Of a stretch of DNA of 64,000 nucleotides, positions 56,501-64,000 are shown in pieces. A model generated the notes under the pieces. The model made no database searches. It was not told the DNA's origin and saw only the letters and a list, made by a program, of their open reading frames with translations. Both the position numbers and the translations under genes were made by a program. Position 1 is the stretch's first letter; every line of letters starts with the position of its first letter. This DNA is from Balanoglossus misakiensis (lineage: Eukaryota > Animalia > Hemichordata). The DNA lies in assembly GCA_040954595.2 (NCBI GenBank), contig CM082576.2, positions 1,247,403 to 1,311,402 on the forward strand, written 5' to 3'.

Positions 56501-57269
56501 GGGCTCAGTCTTTACATAATACATAAGTATAAAAAGCTACCCAAAATGAATACAGATTCATCACCCAAATGCTTTTGAAAATGTTTATAACGTAGCAATC
56601 TTACCTTGCAGAGATTGGTGGTAAAATTATCCTTTAGAATTAATAGCAAGCACAGGGACAGAGGTAAAACACAAAAAGCAGTGATTAAAGTATTTAAGTG
56701 AAGTGCTATGGCAGAAAACGGGGAAAGACAGATGAAATATTTCAACAAACAGAACTCCGTGCATTAACTGTAACTAAGGGGATGTAAACTGTGAACCCCA
56801 AACCAAATCATAACAAAATGTTGATGAAAATTCCTAATGTGTGATTTCCGATGGTAACATTATTGTATATTTCTGAAAAGCATATCAGGTACCCCAACAC
56901 CACAAAAGCTGATCACCACGAATTGGTTGAAATCACCCATGTCAACATGCAGTACTTCCAAATACTTGGGCAGAATGATTTTGTCTAGTGTACAACAATT
57001 TTTGTGCCACACCTAGTGAGGGTACAACATGTTACAGAAACTCAAAATCATTTTTCATGCTTACCCAACATTTTTCTTTTCCTCAACCACTTCATTGTTT
57101 TGGGCTGATGTATTGTTGATGACTTCATCATCGATTTGAGGTATACGTATTGTTGTTTGTTTCTTTGTTGTTGAAGATCTTGAATGTGATGATTTCAAAG
57201 CACTCTTTCGACCACTCTTGCCTGAAATGATTAGATCATCATCATTATCATCATCATCATCATCACCAT

Positions 57270-57331
<62 letters not shown>

Positions 57332-58818
57332 CCACCATCATCATCAATTGTCATCTTCGTCACCACCACTATCCTCATGTGCTGCTCCCACAGATTTCTT
57401 ACATCTCTCTCAAAACTCCAACATGAAAAACTTGAAAATGAAATAAAATAAAACCAATCTTACCAGAGGTAGAACCAGGAGTGGCCTGAGAAAGGTCAGG
57501 TGCAGCTGTGGCTACACCGGAATCTGACACTGGCATCCATGATTCTTTGGTTGACTGTGTTGTTGGTGGATGAGGTGAAAGACTGGTAGAATCATCAGCA
57601 TTCCGGACATTAGATCCGGATTTGGCACGACGGGAATCTTCAGTACTGCTAAAATGGCCGGAAGAGGAATGAATTGATGCAACATCAGGCGCAATGTGAA
57701 GACCTGCAAAACAATCAGAACATACATTTAGTTGTAGAAATTCTTATGAAATCACTTGTTCTGTTACCAGTAAATAGATGTATGTCATACTCTGCATACA
57801 TTGTGGAGATTTGACCAATCCTGAATGAAATAAATGCACATCTGCTCAATATGAAATCTGTTGATTTTGTTGTAGAATAAGCAGTATTTCAATTGCTATC
57901 ACCAACTCTCAGGCCTAATCATTGATTACAAACTTACCAAGTCCAACATTAGGAGGAACACTTTGTGCACGACTTCCAGGTCTTAAATAACGTCCCATTA
58001 AGGCACTTCTGTTGACATCAGCTGCCCAAGGGACAGAAGCCTCTGAATCAGCCTCATCAAAGGTACTCCTTGCACGGCTGTTGCCAAGACTTGATGTTGC
58101 ATAGCTTGTTGTTTGGCGACTGTAGCCATGGATACCACGACTACTAGGGCGACTGGAACCATGATCCTCCAACTGACGAACTAGTAACTTGCATAACTTG
58201 TATTCCAAAAATAGCTTAGTCCTGATTTAAAAATATAGAGTAAAATATTAGTACACAGTAGTAAGCTAGTTCCTATCCACTGATCACAAGTATTTTCTGT
58301 CTAAACTTTGTGGAAAAATACTCAAAGACTGGCTATGGTCAGGATATTAAAATAAAATAAAAAATACCTAAGAAAGAGTGGAAGCCTATCTTTTTTGGCC
58401 CATTCTATGATCCGTTCTCTCTCTTCTTCAGACGGAGCAAACTGGGCTTGTGGTAAAACGTCACATACTGATGCCGATGTTACTTCCGGTGTTTCAACCT
58501 CCTGGAATGTTCCTGTCAATCGGTTGTAGTATAATGGTTGAGGAAAAGCCTACAAAAAAATAAAGAAAAAAAATTTTTAATGTTCACAAGTTCATTCTTC
58601 GCACTCAATTTTCCATTTGAAAGTACACCATTTTAGTACTTAAGAATCTGTGCAATTTTTGTAAACAATTTTTCAGCCAATATCAGATATTTTCAAATAA
58701 AAATAGTCTGCACCACTCAAATTACTTACTGGTAGTTGTAGAAATGCATTGAAATAATCCAGAAAGAGATCATCATAGGCTAGGAGTGCTTCAAAATTGT
58801 CTTCTGTCACTTCAATGG
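44561..58818 (-). CDS. RGS22: Regulator of G-protein signalling 22-like (multiple RGS domains), more than 20 exons; first coding exon lies further right
   Basis: N-terminal IEVTEDNFEALLAYDDLFLDYFNAFLQLP|AFPQPLYYN matches the RGS22 start. RGS-like motifs: MNFWLDCEQY, YWVPRFL, FLFWQDVTDY, LNMYLDIETYQ, DLDFWLEVQRFK, LFDEAQHTVFKEMLPYWAGY. Exons: 58818-58730, 58549-58368, 58221-57938, 57703-57464, 57221-57065, 56317-56101, 55796-55648, 55479-55294, 55185-54865, 54680-54523, 54408-54249, 53990-53892, 53478-53443, 52671-52639, 51284-50961, 50717-50541, 50435-50303, 50130-49990, 47777-47517, 46497-46306, 46215-46114, 45925-45736, 45613-45456, 44794-44561. Some small exons may be missed. Confidence 0.88.
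51552..51635. mobile_element. piggyBac-type MITE (76 bp, TTAA-flanked) in an RGS22 intron
   Basis: TTAA|CCCTGTCAC ... GTGAAAGGG|TTAA with CCC/GGG termini and an internal inverted TTTGGTCC/GGACCAAA. Confidence 0.75.
57236..57345. repeat. (TCA/CCA)n trinucleotide microsatellite, intronic
   Basis: A long ATC run interrupted by ACC, directly upstream (on -) of the RGS22 acceptor at 57221. Confidence 0.95.
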
Positions 58819-59236
58819 CTGAAAGAGAAATAAAACAAACACATTTGAAATCATGCAGAAATACCTGAAAACAGTTATATTTTCATTTCAGAAGTAATTA
58901 AGATTTTACAATTTTATATTACCGTACTTGAACATGACATATTCTTTCAAGAGTTTTAAAGTGTTTTTTTACATGTATTTCAATGTCACCATATTCATGT
59001 ACCAAATGACAAAATTATTTTTTAAATGTTGACAGCTTATACAACTGAAACAACTTCTGCTGAAAAGCACTGAAGCACATTTTATTAGCATATCTGTCTT
59101 ATCAAGCAACATAGAATTTTCATTACAAACTAAATTCTTTAAAATTGATCTTACAAGTCTGCAGAAAAGGCTGTTTGATCTGATACTAAGTCCTGCAACA
59201 CCCTACCACAGTACACAAAGAACAAACAAACAATTT

Positions 59237-59250
59237 GGTTCATAGCAACC
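59237..59250 (-). promoter_or_regulatory. RFX X-box-like motif next to a candidate RGS22 first exon
   Basis: GGTTGCTATGAACC on the minus strand resembles GTTNCYATRGNAAC and lies ~50 bp from ATGAAAAACCTAG|gtatgc. Confidence 0.5.
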
Positions 59251-62200
59251 GCGCCTAACACCCATACCAAAATTCTTGTGTCACCAAGAACGCATACCTA
59301 GGTTTTTCATGAAATTAAACTCAAACTGTTTTCTTTCTCAAACAGACAAAGAACTCAATGATTATTCTGAAACTAAAGACTAGAATGGGAACATGGAAAA
59401 TGTTTGTCAGTAGTGAAACTTATAAATTTTCTTCAAGACGGTTAAGTACCGCGTCGATCAACACGACAGCATCGGTACATACAAGGTACACAATTGACAG
59501 GAACATTCAAATGCACCACAGAATCAACAACTCAGAGTAACTGAGTATATTTCCAATATTTCCAGTGGAGAAAGACAACTTTAATCACTATTAAATCAAA
59601 GATTCAGTGTAAGAAATTTACGAATTCTGATGAGATATGACCTTAGATAACAGCAAAAGACATTGCTGTTTTGCACGCTGCCCTTTGGCCAAAATACTAA
59701 CCAACATCATAGCAGCAAAGAATATATTGATGTTGAGTGGAATATAAAGAACAGTAAATGCATGTAATCTTACGTTCCCAGGTACTGTAGGTCACAAAGT
59801 CAACAAACTTAGACAGTTCATTCCAAAATAGCCGCCACATGGTACAGACAGGCAAAGCCATCCATGCAGGGAAAACATGCGTCATCTGTCTGCAGATGTT
59901 ATCAACAACTAGAACTTCTAAATCAGGCCTTCAATGCACTTGACAATCGTGAACTTTAACATTCTCAAATCAAATTCAGGTTTGACTACACCTAATAAAT
60001 TATACTTGTATAACCCACCACATCAACAAATATACCCCTGGTAGTACTATGCAGATGCAAACATTTAGATACTTGTGCAATTTACACACTTGTATAGTAC
60101 GTCAATATAATGTGTTCCTTCAGCTGCACTGTCTTCAGTCTCAATTTCACTGTCACTTTAGATTTCCTCTTCTGATTCAGTTTCATGTCTTCTGGAAACT
60201 GGTAAACCAGGTTTCAAAATACCACTTCAGCCATGCTGTATATTCCGACGGAAACAGGCGTAATTCTGCCAAAGCTTTGCCAAACCATAGACAGTAGAGC
60301 GACCAAACCCACAATTCTTCTCTCCAGAATGTCACACAATGACAATTTACTGGATAAACATGACGCTGTGGGTGCACACTTGACACTTGTTTGTAGCTTT
60401 GTCCACCAGAATAAAGCTACAAGACTACATCTGTTAAAATGGTGTGAAAGAGACTGTACTTTGCAGTCCTGTGTTTGGTTTTTCAACAACTCAGCTCCTT
60501 TATAAAAGAATAGTTGCGAGTCCACCAATATGACCCTGGAAACACTTGATAATCAATACACTGACCAATCTCAGCAGGCTGTTTCCTTTGTTGTCAACAT
60601 CTACCATTACACTCAAAACTATGCACAATGATTCAAACTCAATAAAACTATACAACATAACAATTTTCATGACTGCTTTGAGGAAACGTCTGAAAATACC
60701 AAGTCTGGTCACTGTTTATTGAGTCTGGAATTTTATATTAACAAATCTATAATATAAATCGATGAATATCAATTACACTGATTTGGTTCAAAGGTGAAAT
60801 TGACATTTTTCTTACTTTTAGTTATTAATCTTTGTTCATAGACCATTGAAGTGTAACATTCTGGCATGTTGACAAAAACCACATATGACTATGGTTGCAC
60901 AACAAACCACCTGTTGATTGTTTTTTTTAAAGGAGCAAATAGGGTTATAGGTCACATGTCTGAACCACAGACAGTACTCTGAGAGCGAGCAAGATTTGCA
61001 AACTCCCAATTGACCTACACATACCTATGCAAAGTAAATTATCCATCCATCACAACCCACTGGCTGAGGACTGCAAACTTCCATTGACCTATGCATACAG
61101 GTAATGCAAGGTAATTTATCCATCCCTCCAATTGTTTGCCATGCTTGAAGACACTACACAACATTCAAACTAAACAGACCGTAAACACCGACAACTGTGA
61201 AATGATGTACCTGGGGTTGAAAAGGTCAGTTTCGACAGATTGTAATAATAATGGCCAGTGAACGTGATGGGGTTGCCTTGAGTTTTCTCTACTGTTCTCA
61301 CACACCCGCTATACATTAAAGCCCTTTCAATATCTGAACACAATATATTGTTCCTACCTCACTTGCTCTGACCCATGAAAGGCTGAATTCAATGAAGTCA
61401 TTCAGAAGAGAGTCAACAATTTCTCTTTTGACTAACTCATCAACATGCCTTTAATAGCAGTGGACATATTTGCTTTTAAGGAAAGGAAAACAACTTCATG
61501 AGGGCACTAGTAGGGACAGCAAATACATTTATATGTAAGTGATCAACCTCAATAAATGTTGTACTCTCATGACAAAACAACTGCAATGTTGCCAGAAATT
61601 GCTCAGGCTTCTAGCAATAGACATGATAGACACAAACTTCAAATGTGCAAGTGTGAATAACAGACAGTTATAGACAGTCTAGTATGTACATATACTCATG
61701 TTGGTATCTTAGCAACCAGTATTCCTATTTGCATATGTAATTAAAGTGTCAACTTTGCCAGACAATGTAACAATAATCACTTTAATTACAACAGTAATAT
61801 GCAGACTCTGTATACAAAGTTGAATCAGAACAATCACCGAACATATACATCATGTAGATGCAAAACAAGTTATTGTACGGACTAAAATTGGTGAATTAAT
61901 AAAAAAAAACTTGAAATATAGAGGAGTGAAAAATAATGGTTTTGAAAAGTGACAAGAATTTTTTTTCTCCAAAAATGAATGATCAGAATATGAGACCAAT
62001 ACATACATTTGATAGCAAGACAAAAATAAACGGCAGACACACATGCAAAATGATAACCTCTTCTTCACGATTGAACAATTAATTGCCTGTAGGTCAGGAT
62101 TGATGCAGTTATCAGCACTTGACGACCATTATCTATAATTCAATGTGGTTCTCAATGCAAAGCTTCTACCTACTTAAAATTTATTCAAAAGAATCAAAGG

Positions 62201-62852
62201 AGGAGAAAATCTACCTGCAGCCCACAGGAATGAAACAACGGAAATGATTGACTCCACACTAATTCTTTGCCTGCAGACAGCTTTTCAAAGACTTTGACGC
62301 TGATTTGATGTGAGCTGGAAGTAAATTATACTGGTACATACAAGTAGAACTACTGCTAGCATCGATCAGATTTCTAATACCCTAGGGCACTAGTTCACTA
62401 GAAAATACCACAAGGAAAGCCAGCCACTAATTCAAGTAGCCACTCTGTGTCTGGTCTTTTCAAATAACCACAACACAATAAAATAATATGTCTGGTACCC
62501 TCCACCACAGAAAAATATACCAGGTTTTGTTTTGTCACTACGTGTACTTCTCTAAGGAGCTTCGCCAATGTTCGTATATTTAATCATGAGAGACAAGGAG
62601 GTTGTCTTATAGTTCTTGCTTAGCACATTGGCAAGGATGTTCTGACATTTTGCTGACGATCTGTCGTTGCTTTGCCAGCCTTTCACTCAACAAACATCTC
62701 CGCTTGCTTCAAAAACACAAAGCCTTTCAACACAGGATTGTTAATTACCTGAAAATGACACCGTGTGCGGCCTAGTATCGTTATTACCACCTCACCTGTA
62801 GGAAAACGTCAACAGTGGCCGTCGTACGCTAAGTCAAATTGTACATACTTAC

Positions 62853-62960
62853 TTTTCATAATGGATTGCTCGGGCTCGGACTCGATCTTCTTCTGGTCAT
62901 GTTGTCAATTATTTCACCATTTTACATGCTGAGACCATCAAACATGTTTAAGTCATCGTC
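62853..62960 (-). other. Candidate distal first exon of RGS22-like gene (ATG AAA A|gtaagt)
   Basis: Strong donor at 62852, phase 1 compatible with the exon at 58818, in CpG-richer surroundings; 5' end unknown. Confidence 0.5.
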
Positions 62961-63816
62961 TTCGTCGTGTTTGCCGAGCTCGATATTATTAGTCTAAAAC
63001 ACGAGTGGTTCCGTATTCATGCATTCATGAACTAAACAACGGTAACTATGATACCACAACGCCGCCATTCAAATGCAATCAATGTGGCTGAGTTTACAGG
63101 CAAGTACGTCTATTAACACCCTCCCCTCCGATCGCGGTAAGTCTTTCAAGTCATTCTATAATCGGGGGTCTATATTGTAAGGGTTGCCACACAGAAGCAC
63201 TACATCTTTAACACAGATGTATGTATCGTATAAACTTGGATTTAAACCTTATTTTTATAAGCCGTAACCTAAACTCACAGTAGTTGACAGGGGAGTGGTT
63301 GTTAAACAGCACAGCTAAGTGAGAGCTCAGTTAGTGCACTATACACTTACGCACTGTACTGCTGGGATTGACGGTTATGTCTACGCCTGGTTATGCCATT
63401 GCGTTTGGGTAAAGGTGTCGAAGCTATTTGACAAATGTTCCATATCACTGGGTCATACCTTCAGCAAGATGACGACAATATGATCTTCAAAAATGTCAAC
63501 AACAAAACTATAAAAAAAACCCACATAAAACAAACCCAGAAGAAATAACTTCGCTTGTTATTTATCTATCTTCAATCCTGCACTAGTTTTGCAGACCACT
63601 TGGACACAAGAACAAGGCAGTGAATGACGATCAAGAAAACAACATACACAATAAATAAAGACATTAAATTATAAAGATATAAAGCTTGGAGTAAGCAACA
63701 AAATATATTTTGCTATTTTGTCAATTTTAGTATCAACATCCTTTTGTTGGTTATATTTTTTTACAACTGTGTGTTGCTGACTTTTAGGTTGTGTTAGGTC
63801 ACGAGCGTGAAGTTGG

Positions 63817-63935
63817 CCTCATCCTCATCCTCAGCTTCGCCAGCCTCATCCTCATCCTCATCCTCATCCTCAGCTTCGTGACCCAGCCTCAGCTTCGTGA
63901 CCCTTCGTGACCCCAGCCTCAGCTTCGTGACCCCA
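63817..63935. repeat. Compound short tandem repeat of CCTCAT and CCTCAGCTTCGTGACCC units
   Basis: (CCTCAT)n runs plus several copies of CAGCTTCG(TGACCC) seen directly. Confidence 0.85.
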
Positions 63936-64000
63936 GGAAGTAAACATCAAAATTATCCAAACGATCGGTAAAAAGAACAAATGGAGTCAAAAGAAGAAAT

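Noticed and set aside
57222-57451. Poly-Asp / poly-Ser ORFs
   Set aside because: Translations of an intronic (TCA)n microsatellite; the real exon begins at the acceptor at 57221.
25460-59640. Hammerhead ribozymes at CTGATGA/CTGAAGA sites (e.g. 25467, 29213, 30848, 59627)
   Set aside because: At the sites inspected, no stem II followed by GAAA in the required arrangement.

Overview
Animal (invertebrate-like, AT-rich, intron-rich) genomic DNA; the species cannot be fixed from the sequence alone. Bases 1-20350 are an 88-bp satellite array that switches orientation at ~11035/11036. It carries 13-, 17- and 30-monomer higher-order periods and ends in a diverged, re-inverted monomer. About 2.5 kb later is a four-exon HLX (H2.0-like) homeobox gene (+). 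A spliced minus-strand gene follows, with a pogo/Tigger/CENP-B-type double-HTH N-terminus and a perfect 37-bp hairpin element in one intron. Next is DRAP1/NC2-alpha (-), whose U12-type intron is filled with a candidate structured ncRNA. A head-to-head coiled-coil + RWD-like (Spc25-like) gene (+) and a long multi-exon RGS22-like gene (-) complete the window. All exon models were read by eye from splice signals and reading frame, and no database search was run.
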